A program made the position numbers and the translations under genes. The notes under the pieces are model-generated. The model did no database searches and was not told where the DNA came from. It was given only the letters and a program-made list of their open reading frames with translations. Below, one piece after another: positions 20,124 to 30,086 of a stretch of 64,000 nucleotides of DNA. The stretch's first letter is position 1. Each line of letters begins with the position of its first letter. The stretch comes from a virus (Duplodnaviria; Caudoviricetes), in IMG/VR virus record IMGVR_UViG_3300021979_000003, positions 175,091-239,090 of that record. The stretch is one strand, 5' to 3'.

Positions 20124-22045
20124 ACATTACAAAAATTATAAAGAAAAACGAAGACGAAGTACGTAAAGTCATAACAGATGCTAATCTAAGCAAAGACTTT
20201 GAAGAAGCGGCTGAACTTTACTACCAAGCTTCTGCATTAGCCAAACGCGCTGAAAGCGTTAAGTCCGGTATTGACGAAAGCATCATAAAAACTGTAAAAG
20301 GTTATTTCAATGCATCTGACCAGACCATTGCTAAGTCTTTACAGGTCGGTGGTCTACTTGTTAAAGTAGGAAAAGATTCTCAACGTTCATATACAAATTA
20401 TGATACAGAAAAGGTGTTGGCTGATGTTAAAGAAGCGCTACCTAAGCTTACTGATGTCATTGACGACATATACAAGAAACATTTAGAACTGAACAAAAGC
20501 CCCACATCCCCACGTCTATACGTGTTTAAGAGAGACGAAGAAGAATATTATAGAAATATAATTGATGGCAACTATAATGAATCGGTAGGTTCTGGTGTAA
20601 TCGGCAAGCTAATGTCAAAGTTAGGTGATGCACTAAAGCGCCATCTTTATAGATTTATAAAGAATCAAAAAGTTACTGCGTTCGAAATAGTAGACAGTTT
20701 GTATGCACTCACAGAATCAAAGAAATATTATAAGGGTTTAGATTCAGAAACCAAACAAAAGCGTGAAAAGCACTTTGATAAACATGCTGATATGGATGAT
20801 GGTGATGACGATGCATATAAACCAGCACCGGGAGATAAGGATGCTGAAACCAAACCTTCAAAGCATACCAATAAATATCAAGACATGTATGGTGAAAGTG
20901 AACTAAGTGAAGACAGTAGTTCAGAAAGGGCTATTAAGAATAAGTCTGAAGAAACCGGTATTGCATACGGGATACTAAAACAGGTCTATAACCGTGGTAT
21001 GGCGGCATGGAAATCTGGTCACAGACCGGGAACCACGCCCCATCAATGGGCACTGGCACGAATTAACTCGTTTGCAACGGGTGGTAAGACACGTTATACC
21101 GCAGATGCAGACTTATGGAAGAAACATAAAAAGAAAAACAAATCAAGGGTACACACAATGGAAGATCAAAAAGAAAGATCAAATCTGATCGAAGTATTAA
21201 AAGAAAAGAAAAATGAAGTTTCTGCATGTATGAATGAAGGGGTTGAAAACGAACATCTTCAAGAACTTTTAAATGAGTACATCGTAGCAAATGATATTGC
21301 TCAAACTGCGACTAGTGTGAAATCTGAAATGTCTCAGACCATCAAAGAAGAAGCCACTAATCTTTTTGATGTACAAGAATCTATTCTACACAAGTTCCTT
21401 GAAGTTGGAGATTATGTAGTTGCAGTATGTGCAGAAGGTGAGCGTACAAACAATAAGAAAGCACTAGAAGGTTTCATTAAAGAGCTTTCTGAAACTGTTC
21501 CTGAATACGTTGATATTATTGAAAACATCATGAAGGTCAACACTGACATTAGTAAAGTTGATGTTAAGCCACGCACTAGTGTTAAAAATGTTGATGAAAG
21601 CTTAGTTGAATCTATCGAGCAAATGGCAGAAGCTTTTGACAAAGTTTCAAAATACGTCAATTCACTAACACGTGTTTTCTCAAAGTATCTACCTAAAGTA
21701 TCGAAGCATAATGAGAAACTTAAAGGGTACGTAAACAATCTTTATGAAGAAATTATAGTAGAAGAATCTGTGAAAGGTGATCACTACTGCATTATCCAGC
21801 CTAAGTTTGCTATCTTTGGTGTTGGACGTACTGAAGATGAAGCATGGAAAGATGCCGAAGAGTGGGCCGATACAACAGATGAAAACTGGAAAAATTCTTT
21901 TGAAGTAAAACCATGTACTAAGGCAGTTTACGATTATGTGAACTCTAATGGTACTCCTGATGAATGGGAAGAAAAAGAAGGTGTTGTAGCAATGCCTGAA
22001 GAAATCTCAGAAATGAAAGAAAAGATTCAGGAATCAGTAATTTAA
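20120..22045 (+). CDS. Probable virion (head) protein with DUF5824-like central domain and duplicated flanks
   Basis: ILKQVYNRGMAAWKSGHRPGTTPHQWALARINSF; many xxES motifs. Confidence 0.75.
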   Translation: MNITKIIKKNEDEVRKVITDANLSKDFEEAAELYYQASALAKRAESVKSGIDESIIKTVKGYFNASDQTIAKSLQVGGLLVKVGKDSQRSYTNYDTEKVLADVKEALPKLTDVIDDIYKKHLELNKSPTSPRLYVFKRDEEEYYRNIIDGNYNESVGSGVIGKLMSKLGDALKRHLYRFIKNQKVTAFEIVDSLYALTESKKYYKGLDSETKQKREKHFDKHADMDDGDDDAYKPAPGDKDAETKPSKHTNKYQDMYGESELSEDSSSERAIKNKSEETGIAYGILKQVYNRGMAAWKSGHRPGTTPHQWALARINSFATGGKTRYTADADLWKKHKKKNKSRVHTMEDQKERSNLIEVLKEKKNEVSACMNEGVENEHLQELLNEYIVANDIAQTATSVKSEMSQTIKEEATNLFDVQESILHKFLEVGDYVVAVCAEGERTNNKKALEGFIKELSETVPEYVDIIENIMKVNTDISKVDVKPRTSVKNVDESLVESIEQMAEAFDKVSKYVNSLTRVFSKYLPKVSKHNEKLKGYVNNLYEEIIVEESVKGDHYCIIQPKFAIFGVGRTEDEAWKDAEEWADTTDENWKNSFEVKPCTKAVYDYVNSNGTPDEWEEKEGVVAMPEEISEMKEKIQESVI

Positions 22046-22071
22046 AAAGAGGGCTTTAAGCCCTCTTTTTT
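22044..22071. terminator. Bidirectional terminator
   Basis: AAAAAGAGGGC-TTTAA-GCCCTCTTTTTT between convergent genes. Confidence 0.8.
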
Positions 22072-23194
22072 ATAATCTATCTTCGTCGTAAGACTCTCCG
22101 TATTCTTCTTCAACTTCCTCATCGTCAAACGCCTGTTCAAGTCGTTCCAAATCTTCCTCACTGATATCTGTCGATTTAAGATGTCTAACTTCACCACCTT
22201 CCATATTGTTAACACCAAGTGCTTTATCCCAATATTCGGTACGTGACATATCATTCTTTAACTGTTCTGTATAACTAGGATCGTAATTGTTTTCCTGTAA
22301 CACTTTATCTCTATGTTGTTGAACCGCATGTTCTTCATTGAAAATAACAGTGAATGAATTGTTGACGGTGGAAGTATAGTATGAGAATGGATTACTTGAA
22401 AACATTTCATTAAATTGTAACCCCATACTGGTTAACTGTGTTAATGCATTCCCAACCATATCGTCGGTGTATGTGTACCCACGCCAATTATAATTTTGCG
22501 CGATCTTATTACATAGTTTGATAAAACCGATAGCCAGTGGTTCATTGATTTGTCCATGAGTGGTGTTAAACTTTTCGCCATCAAAGTGACTGATAGCTAC
22601 ACATGTAGTTTCACCATCAACTAACGCATAGTGCTTATAGGGAGGGAAGTTCACCTTCTCTTTGGTATCAGCAAACTTATTAGTCTTTTTAGTATTTTTG
22701 TCAGTATTATCTGGAATATGCTCATAAGAGAATACGCGTATAACTACGTCTTCGTCATTGACCTTCTCAATTTCTTCTTCTGGCATATCAGTAATACGCT
22801 TCTTTCCATCTTCGTAAAGCTTTCTATTGATATGTCCAATTTTCGCAAGTCGTAGAATTTTGCTATCTATTTCACCTTGAAATAGTACTAGCTTATCTTC
22901 TATAAGGTCATAGTCTTCTCTTTCTAGGAAACGATCTATGTCAGTATCATTAAGTACTGATGTACGCTTCTCATTGTTTTTCAGACGTTTTCTGTTGATT
23001 GCTTGTAGCATCATTTGTGCTTTACATTGCTCATACATTTCTTCGTCACAAACAATGATATCGTAATCACGATAATTGGTTGTTTTCCAATTACCATCGA
23101 TGTACCACGTATACGAGGCTTTAGACAGATGAATGTTATTCATCAAGTCTCTATTTCTAAGGTATTTTTGCTTAACTTGTTTCTTAACGGTCAT
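22070..23194 (-). CDS. Late-transcription sigma factor (gp55-like)
   Basis: KYLRNRDL, NWRGYTYTDDMVGNAL and FNEMFSSNPFSYYT. Confidence 0.85.
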   Translation of the reverse strand: MTVKKQVKQKYLRNRDLMNNIHLSKASYTWYIDGNWKTTNYRDYDIIVCDEEMYEQCKAQMMLQAINRKRLKNNEKRTSVLNDTDIDRFLEREDYDLIEDKLVLFQGEIDSKILRLAKIGHINRKLYEDGKKRITDMPEEEIEKVNDEDVVIRVFSYEHIPDNTDKNTKKTNKFADTKEKVNFPPYKHYALVDGETTCVAISHFDGEKFNTTHGQINEPLAIGFIKLCNKIAQNYNWRGYTYTDDMVGNALTQLTSMGLQFNEMFSSNPFSYYTSTVNNSFTVIFNEEHAVQQHRDKVLQENNYDPSYTEQLKNDMSRTEYWDKALGVNNMEGGEVRHLKSTDISEEDLERLEQAFDDEEVEEEYGESYDEDRL

Positions 23195-23300
23195 AAATTT
23201 TCCTATTTTATTGTTTTTATTATCTTTTATTTTATATAATATCGTTGTGATCCTAAATCAACTTGTCTGGATGTTAAAGTTGTTCTATCATTTCTTTTTA

Positions 23301-23328
23301 AGTATAAACTTATTAGTTAATTTGTCAA
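23301..23328 (-). promoter_or_regulatory. Sigma70 promoter TTGACA-N16-TATACT for the late sigma gene
   Basis: Near-consensus hexamers. Confidence 0.6.
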
Positions 23329-23352
23329 GATTCATAGGCAGATAATAGGAAA

Positions 23353-23360
23353 TATAAATA
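23353..23360 (+). promoter_or_regulatory. Late promoter TATAAATA for the baseplate operon
   Basis: Exact motif 25 nt upstream of the ATG. Confidence 0.8.
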
Positions 23361-23385
23361 GATATATAAGTTAAAAGGATAACGT

Positions 23386-24042
23386 ATGTCTATAGCAAAC
23401 AAACAAGGTAATGTAAGATCATCAAAACAAATTGATAAGTGTAAGTTGATTCTACAAAATCCAATAGAAACTGACGGTGACAATTCATATAATTTATTAG
23501 GGTCACCCGGAAATATTATGTACCCACTGGTTTCAGAAGGTGGTGTGGTATTTGAAAACACGCCCTCCATTTCAGTTGTATATACATCTTCATATACTGC
23601 CTACGAACTTGCACACTCTAACTATGAAATCAACGCATACCAGAAATCTTCTATTAGTGACTTCCAGATCACGGCGGCACGTTTAACCTCAGAAACAAGA
23701 GAGAAGGCCGATTACACGCTAGCAGTAATGCAGTTCTTCAGAACATTTACTAAGATGAATTATGGTCAGAATGATCCAGATGCAGGTCTACCACCACGTA
23801 TAATGAATTTTTCAGCATATGGTGAATATATGTTTAAGGATGTTCCGGTTGCTGTAAGGAACTACACAATCAGCTTACAGGAAAACGTTGACTACGTACA
23901 AACTAGCTTCAATACTCAAGTACCACTTGTAGTAGATATTAACGTTATACTAACATATATGCCTACACCATCTAACATTAAAAGAGAATTTAGTCTAAAC
24001 AGCTTTGCAAACGGAAGCTTGATTAAGAAGGGTTACCTATGA
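23386..24042 (+). CDS. Baseplate / tail tube initiator-like protein
   Basis: First gene of the baseplate operon; PPRIMNFSAYGEYMFKDVPV pattern. Confidence 0.65.
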   Translation: MSIANKQGNVRSSKQIDKCKLILQNPIETDGDNSYNLLGSPGNIMYPLVSEGGVVFENTPSISVVYTSSYTAYELAHSNYEINAYQKSSISDFQITAARLTSETREKADYTLAVMQFFRTFTKMNYGQNDPDAGLPPRIMNFSAYGEYMFKDVPVAVRNYTISLQENVDYVQTSFNTQVPLVVDINVILTYMPTPSNIKREFSLNSFANGSLIKKGYL

Positions 24043-24323
24043 GTGCAGAATCTTCACCATATTTTTTAACAAATGTAAAAGACTATTATTTGGATATTCT
24101 TGAGAAGCCAGAAATACCGGCAAATCCAGATGATAAATATTACACCATCGAATTAAAATACCAATATAGACCAGATAAACTTGCGAGAGATTTATATGGT
24201 GATAGTGGATATTGGTATGTTTTCATATTAAGAAATATGGACGTATTAGAAGACCCAATCTTTGATTTTACGGAAGGTAAGGAAATACGTCTTCCAAGCA
24301 AACGAGCTATAAGAGGACTATAA
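24039..24323 (+). CDS. Baseplate wedge protein (gp53/LysM-like)
   Basis: YQYRPDKLARDLYGDSGYWYVFILRN..DPIFDF. Confidence 0.85.
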   Translation: MSAESSPYFLTNVKDYYLDILEKPEIPANPDDKYYTIELKYQYRPDKLARDLYGDSGYWYVFILRNMDVLEDPIFDFTEGKEIRLPSKRAIRGL

Positions 24324-26191
24324 TGGCCGAATACAATTTGAATCCAACCAGTGGAAACATATTAAATAGGTACTCATCGTATACATATAATTTTAAATTA
24401 TACGCAATTAGTAAAGATGCTTATAATGCGATTTCTAAAAATTCTATCGACTTTAATCTTATTCATAAAAGTGAAGCAGTTAAAAACTCACCAAGGGCTA
24501 TAATTGCTGAAACGGGTGTTACTAACTTAAAGATTGATGATGTATCTATAACTTCTAGACCATCTACTACAGATGCCACCTATATTACTAACTTGGGATT
24601 CAAAATCACACAGCCTAAAGGTTTTACTTTTATCGAATCTATGGTTGCCGCTGGTACTATGTGTGGTTGGGAAGGGTTTTTTTCATCACCGTTCCTAATC
24701 TTTGAAATACAATTTAAAGGTTGGAATGGTACTACTGGACGTGAACAGACTGCACAAACTATTTCTATACCTATTCAGATTACAAATGTAAACACTGAAA
24801 TTGATGGTGGTGGTAGCCGATATTCTATTGATGCCGCTGTGCTATTTAATTCTAATAGACAAGCATACAACTCGACATTGGGAGCTATGACAATTGATGC
24901 GTGTGATACATTTGGGGCATTTCTAACAAAGTTTGAAAGTGCCTTGAATGAAGAAGCCAAAAAAGATAAATCGAATGGTGATGTTCTTACAACCACACAT
25001 AAATTTGAAACAGATGAGGATTTAAAAAGCTTAAAGCTTTCAGCACCAAGTGAAGCAGGACATATGGTATATAATCGATCCGCAAATCCCGATAACGGAA
25101 ATGGGTCCGGTTCATCATATTCTATTTCCAGTCAATTATCTATACCAAAAATTCTAGAAAGTGTACTTATATCATCACCTCAATTTCAAAAAAACTTGTC
25201 AAAGGATGAAAAGCCAAACGATTTATTTGGAAAATGTTTTCAAATAGACCCTAAAATAGATGTGAAAAATTATAACCCAATAGCGGGAGAGTATACATAT
25301 GAAATAACATGGGTTATAAGAGCCACACCAATCGCGCTTATAAGAAATAGAGGATTAAGTTCGAACGAAGCACTTAAACAATTAGTGGATGATCAAAACA
25401 CAAAATTTAGAAGAGTATACACACACTATTTTACTGGAACTAATACCGAGGTATTAAGTGCAAATATAGAAACAAATAAATTATACTTCAATAAGCTTAC
25501 TAGATATGAAAATTTATTTTCAAACTCAGCAAACATTGATTCGTCAAATAAAGGCGAAAACTTTTTAACACCAGAAAACAAGCAAAATGTACAAAATGAA
25601 ATGATCACTTCCAGAGAGCAAAATACTCCAACTAGAAATACATCAAACGTTAAGGGAAGGCTTTCTAATGGTGATCAGATGTATGTAGATGATGTGGACG
25701 TTGGTTCAATAGAAAAGCTAGCTAGATTTAAATACCAATATAGATTTGCTAGAGATACACAAGGTTCTGTTCCTTTAGAAGCAAAGCCTGAAGATGCAGG
25801 TTCAAGATCACAAGAAATGTACGATTTGCTTAGGAACACAAGAAACAAGCTTTATCTTTCAGCATTAAAACTAGATTTAGAAATAAAAGGCGATCCTTTC
25901 TGGTTATCCCCAATTAATGGGAACTATGAAGAAAACAGCGGTGAGCGTTTGAGTAATTTAAAATCAAACGTTATAGGATTTGTTACTGGTTTTCCTAACG
26001 AAGTTCAAGAAAAAGGAATACGTAACGATTACATGTTTTCAGGATTATATTACGTTACAAACGTAACTTCTTCTTTTAATGCTGGAAAATTTACACAAAA
26101 ATTAGAATGCTCTAGAATAAACGATGTGGATGGTGGCACATTCCTAAATAGATATGGAAGAAATGACGATGAGAGTGGTGAACAACAATGA
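24323..26191 (+). CDS. Baseplate hub protein (gp27-like)
   Basis: LEIKGDPFWL and FSGLYYVTNVTSSFNAGKFTQKL; operon position. Confidence 0.75.
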   Translation: MAEYNLNPTSGNILNRYSSYTYNFKLYAISKDAYNAISKNSIDFNLIHKSEAVKNSPRAIIAETGVTNLKIDDVSITSRPSTTDATYITNLGFKITQPKGFTFIESMVAAGTMCGWEGFFSSPFLIFEIQFKGWNGTTGREQTAQTISIPIQITNVNTEIDGGGSRYSIDAAVLFNSNRQAYNSTLGAMTIDACDTFGAFLTKFESALNEEAKKDKSNGDVLTTTHKFETDEDLKSLKLSAPSEAGHMVYNRSANPDNGNGSGSSYSISSQLSIPKILESVLISSPQFQKNLSKDEKPNDLFGKCFQIDPKIDVKNYNPIAGEYTYEITWVIRATPIALIRNRGLSSNEALKQLVDDQNTKFRRVYTHYFTGTNTEVLSANIETNKLYFNKLTRYENLFSNSANIDSSNKGENFLTPENKQNVQNEMITSREQNTPTRNTSNVKGRLSNGDQMYVDDVDVGSIEKLARFKYQYRFARDTQGSVPLEAKPEDAGSRSQEMYDLLRNTRNKLYLSALKLDLEIKGDPFWLSPINGNYEENSGERLSNLKSNVIGFVTGFPNEVQEKGIRNDYMFSGLYYVTNVTSSFNAGKFTQKLECSRINDVDGGTFLNRYGRNDDESGEQQ

Positions 26192-27606
26192 GAAATGATA
26201 GAGAATATGATGCGTCAAACCATCGATTAAATGGACTTTACATGGGCTATGTAAAGAATAGTTCAGATTATCAAAAGATGGGAAGGTTAGACGTATGGAT
26301 TCCAGAGCTTTGTTCTTCAGACACTGAAACCATTGCTGTGATATACGGTTCTCCGTTTGCAGGTGCATCGGCGCAATCTACTAATGACACTTCTGATACT
26401 TATGAACAAACTCAAAAGTCATATGGATTCTGGGCAGTCCCGCCAGATATTGATACTATGGTGCTGGTGATGTTTATTAATGGTCACATATCACGTGGTG
26501 TATGGATTGGTTGTCTGTTCCACCAAGATATGAACCATATGATACCTAATGTTCCTGTAGGAGATACCTATCAAAAAGATAATCCTGTTCCAAGCGCGGA
26601 ATACAATAAAAAAAGCCCAAATGCAACAACTGACCCAGAACAAGCTAAGCCTTATCATAAGCCACATTATGAAGCTATTCGTAATCAAGGATTAAAAAAT
26701 GATAAGGTGCGTGGATTTTCTCAACATGGTGTTCGTTCTGAAACTACTCCCAAAGTTTCAGGTTTCTTAAGTCCTAAAGGACATTATTGGTCTATTGAAG
26801 ACACGGCAGATGATGAAAAGATACGTTTTCGTTCAAGGTCTGGTGTTCAAGTCCTTCTAGATGATACTAATGGTATGGTCTATATGATAAATAAGTCTGG
26901 TAAAGGATGGGTAGAAATCGATGACGAAGGGAAGATCATGATCTACGGCGAACAGGGTATTGCCATGAGAAGTAAAGGTGATATCAACTTACGTGCTGAT
27001 AATGATTTAATTTTTGAATCTGGTAGAAATATAGTAATGAAAAGTGTTGCTAATACTAAGATGGAAAATTACAATTTCATTCATAAAACAAAGATGGACC
27101 AAACAATAAACGTCGCTGGTATTCAAAGTGAAAAAGTTGGCAGGCAGCATACTTTATCACAAGATGATATACAGGTAATTGCTACCAACAAATATAATCT
27201 TGGAACAAACCTGTTCAATGTCAACAGTGGTACGATGGCAAATATTACTTCTGGTGCTGATATGAATTTAAATAGTGGGAATAATTTTAACTCTACTGCG
27301 GCAAGTCAGGTTAATGTTAATTCAGTATCTAATATAAACATGTCTGCGGGTGCGACAATGACGATGAGCTATTCCATGATTTTACAAAACGTGGGAGGTG
27401 CGGCATCACCAGCAGCATCAGCCGACCCATCGCAACCTAATATTGTTACAATTCCAGATTTGCAAACATATGATAAAATAGATGTGGAACAACCTCATAG
27501 TGATTCTGACCCTGTAGAGACGACTATTCCGTCTATCAATACAGTGTTTCCATCACATGAACCTTGCCCTGAACATGACAAAGACCCAGAAAAAAGGACT
27601 GATTAA
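26188..27606 (+). CDS. Baseplate central spike (gp5/VgrG-like, no lysozyme domain seen)
   Basis: OB-fold GRLDVWIPEL..GFWAVPPD, beta-helix repeats and PSHEP C-terminus. Confidence 0.88.
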   Translation: MRNDREYDASNHRLNGLYMGYVKNSSDYQKMGRLDVWIPELCSSDTETIAVIYGSPFAGASAQSTNDTSDTYEQTQKSYGFWAVPPDIDTMVLVMFINGHISRGVWIGCLFHQDMNHMIPNVPVGDTYQKDNPVPSAEYNKKSPNATTDPEQAKPYHKPHYEAIRNQGLKNDKVRGFSQHGVRSETTPKVSGFLSPKGHYWSIEDTADDEKIRFRSRSGVQVLLDDTNGMVYMINKSGKGWVEIDDEGKIMIYGEQGIAMRSKGDINLRADNDLIFESGRNIVMKSVANTKMENYNFIHKTKMDQTINVAGIQSEKVGRQHTLSQDDIQVIATNKYNLGTNLFNVNSGTMANITSGADMNLNSGNNFNSTAASQVNVNSVSNINMSAGATMTMSYSMILQNVGGAASPAASADPSQPNIVTIPDLQTYDKIDVEQPHSDSDPVETTIPSINTVFPSHEPCPEHDKDPEKRTD

Positions 27607-27920
27607 ATATCACAGTCCTTTTTTCCATAGTCAATTTTATTGATTTGTTGTTTATGACGTTTACGATCTAATTCAGATTCTTCCACACTTTTCGAAACAT
27701 CAGACGTACTTTCAATTTTAGGATTTAAAAATAATAATCCCGGCTCTTTTGAACCGGTTTTGATTATCATATGTTTTCCAGAGGTGAAAAGAATATTTTC
27801 ATCTGTTGATATAAGAAGATTCTTTTTAAATAGAACACGAATTTGTTCTGAATCTTCTTCAATATCTATTTTATCTACAAGCTTGATTAGCTTCGATAGT
27901 TTCCTAAAAAACTTGATCAT
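27603..27920 (-). CDS. Hypothetical protein
   Basis: ORF track; coupled to the upstream gene. Confidence 0.55.
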   Translation of the reverse strand: MIKFFRKLSKLIKLVDKIDIEEDSEQIRVLFKKNLLISTDENILFTSGKHMIIKTGSKEPGLLFLNPKIESTSDVSKSVEESELDRKRHKQQINKIDYGKKDCDI

Positions 27921-28237
27921 TAACCTGCACCAACAATACCAGTATCATCCTGACGTAGTGTTTTATCAATACTGTCCATTGCTTTCAAGTGAGTGATAAT
28001 CTTTTCTTTTGAAAAAGTCATTTCACACTTTTGAGCATCTTCACTTGAATATGAAATAGGATGTAGAGAAATGCCTACACCACCTTGGGCATTGGCTTGT
28101 GGTACGATCACACGCACACAACTGAGAACTAGTGATTTCTCATCTTCAGACACAAAGCGCCCAACAATTTCATTCATGTTATCAAGAACGACAGTTACAC
28201 CGTCGCCTTTTTTCAAGCCAGTGTTAATTTGTAGCAT
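27920..28237 (-). CDS. Small beta-rich protein, Sm/LSm-like fold candidate
   Basis: GDGVTVVLDNMNEIVGRFVSEDEKSLVL resembles the Sm1 motif. Confidence 0.5.
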   Translation of the reverse strand: MLQINTGLKKGDGVTVVLDNMNEIVGRFVSEDEKSLVLSCVRVIVPQANAQGGVGISLHPISYSSEDAQKCEMTFSKEKIITHLKAMDSIDKTLRQDDTGIVGAG

Positions 28238-28246
28238 TTAAACCTC

Positions 28247-28546
28247 TTATTCGATTTCGTTTGTAATAGTAAATTCGGTATAACCGTATTGATTTGCCAG
28301 TTCCATAGCACGGTCTGCAAGGGTTTCTAGATAGTTCCTCAGACCGTATTTAACAATAGACTGTCCTTGTGTATGTGTTTGCATTGTAAGCGCAACAGCT
28401 TCATCCATAGGTTTCTGATATACTTCAGTCAACACAAAGATTACAAATTCGAATGATGTAGTATCATCATTATGGATGATAGCCTTATACTTCTTAGGGC
28501 TTACAACCTTGATATCATTCATTTCAACAACTTCTGACTTAGCCAT
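28247..28546 (-). CDS. clpS: ATP-dependent Clp protease adaptor ClpS
   Basis: YKAIIHNDDTTSFEFVIFVL..TMQTHTQG. Confidence 0.93.
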   Translation of the reverse strand: MAKSEVVEMNDIKVVSPKKYKAIIHNDDTTSFEFVIFVLTEVYQKPMDEAVALTMQTHTQGQSIVKYGLRNYLETLADRAMELANQYGYTEFTITNEIE

Positions 28547-28566
28547 TTTTAACTCCCAACAATTGA

Positions 28567-28815
28567 TTAATCAAAATTACGAAGACGTTTCGCTTCTTCT
28601 CTTAGCTGCTTTTCGTGACGTTTAATAGCACGTTTTTTGTCCAACTTCTTTTTCATCGAAGGCTTTTGGAATTCTTGACGTAATCCATAGTCTTTAATAC
28701 GACCATCTTCATCGACCTTCTTACGAAGCTTTTTAAGCGCACGGTCTACATTACCATTTCTTACTTCTACTTTCAACCCATTTATTCGATGGGCATCACC
28801 TTTAAATCGTCTCAT
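28567..28815 (-). CDS. rpsU: Ribosomal protein bS21
   Basis: VEVRNGNVDRALKKLRKK..RQEFQKPS..KRAIKRH. Confidence 0.9.
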   Translation of the reverse strand: MRRFKGDAHRINGLKVEVRNGNVDRALKKLRKKVDEDGRIKDYGLRQEFQKPSMKKKLDKKRAIKRHEKQLREEAKRLRNFD

Positions 28816-28856
28816 TGTTATTATTTAATCTCCTGTTTAATTTATAATATGAATAG

Positions 28857-30074
28857 TTATTTATTGTTAGTTGTTTTATTCTTTCTGTTGTACCTAAATG
28901 TAGTCTTGAGTCTATTAGTATTAGAATCATAGCCTACCACAACAGTCTTAATGTTTCGAGAATGATACTCTTCAATATCATATTGGATGTTTCTTAGTTC
29001 TTTTTCTAGAACCTTACGCAGACCACGAACACCAATTTTATCTTTAACTACTTTGTCTGCAACAAAATCTACTGCTTCTGGTTTAAATTGTAACTTCACT
29101 CCATCAACAGCAAATAACGTCTCGAACTGCTTCACAACGCTGTTCTTTGTCTCTGTCATTACACGCTTGATATCACTACGCGTTAGCGTGTTTGTATAAG
29201 TATGTATGGGCAATCTACCAACCAACTCAGGAATCATACCAAACTCAACTAAGTCATCAGTTGTAACATTTTTGTAAACATCTGCCATGTCTACGTCTTG
29301 TGTTGTCTTGGTTCTACCAAAGCCGATAGCATTTGTTTCCATCCTTTGTTGAACTATTTTTTCCAACCCCACGAATGCACCACCAGCAATGAATAGAATA
29401 TTTTTAGTGTCAATGGATACGTTCTTGGCTACTTTTACTTCTTTACCTTCTAGTAGTCGTAGGAACGACTTCTGAACATCTTCACCACTAACATCGGCAG
29501 TGGAACCACCACCTTTAGATTTTCTCTTTTTATCTATCTCATCAAGGAATACAATACCTTTCTCAGCCAGTTCTTTGTTTTTATCAGCTTTAGCGTAAAG
29601 CTCTTTGATACAGTTTTCTACGTCATCACCTGTGTATCCAGAAGCAGACATGCTTGTTGTATCTACTACGACCATAGGTACGTTAATAAACCTTGCTATA
29701 TGCTGAATGATAGCTGTTTTACCTGTTCCTGATTCCCCCATTAGAAGAATATTACTTTTATCAAGGTCGGTCTGCTCTTCTACCGAGAGACTAAGCCTTT
29801 TATAATGATTTCGAACAGCAATAGCAATATCTTTCTTAGCCGTTTCCTGACGAATGATGTACTGATCAAGATATTCTACCAATGTCTTAGTAGAAGGAAT
29901 GTCAGGCTCTGAACTAGATTTTGTTTTCTTAATTTGGTTATTCAAAGTGTGTTTTAAATAGTGTTCATACATCTTATTGACACAATCCCCACAAACGACT
30001 TCATTACCAGTATTGTCTATTGCTATAAAGAAATCGTTTGTTTTATCAGTATTGGGGCAAACTTTACACTTCAT
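28857..30074 (-). CDS. clpX: ClpX unfoldase
   Basis: N-terminal Cys zinc-binding domain, GESGTGKT, FLDEIDK, IGF loop and GVRGLR. Confidence 0.93.
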   Translation of the reverse strand: MKCKVCPNTDKTNDFFIAIDNTGNEVVCGDCVNKMYEHYLKHTLNNQIKKTKSSSEPDIPSTKTLVEYLDQYIIRQETAKKDIAIAVRNHYKRLSLSVEEQTDLDKSNILLMGESGTGKTAIIQHIARFINVPMVVVDTTSMSASGYTGDDVENCIKELYAKADKNKELAEKGIVFLDEIDKKRKSKGGGSTADVSGEDVQKSFLRLLEGKEVKVAKNVSIDTKNILFIAGGAFVGLEKIVQQRMETNAIGFGRTKTTQDVDMADVYKNVTTDDLVEFGMIPELVGRLPIHTYTNTLTRSDIKRVMTETKNSVVKQFETLFAVDGVKLQFKPEAVDFVADKVVKDKIGVRGLRKVLEKELRNIQYDIEEYHSRNIKTVVVGYDSNTNRLKTTFRYNRKNKTTNNK

Positions 30075-30086
30075 ACGTACCTCTTG

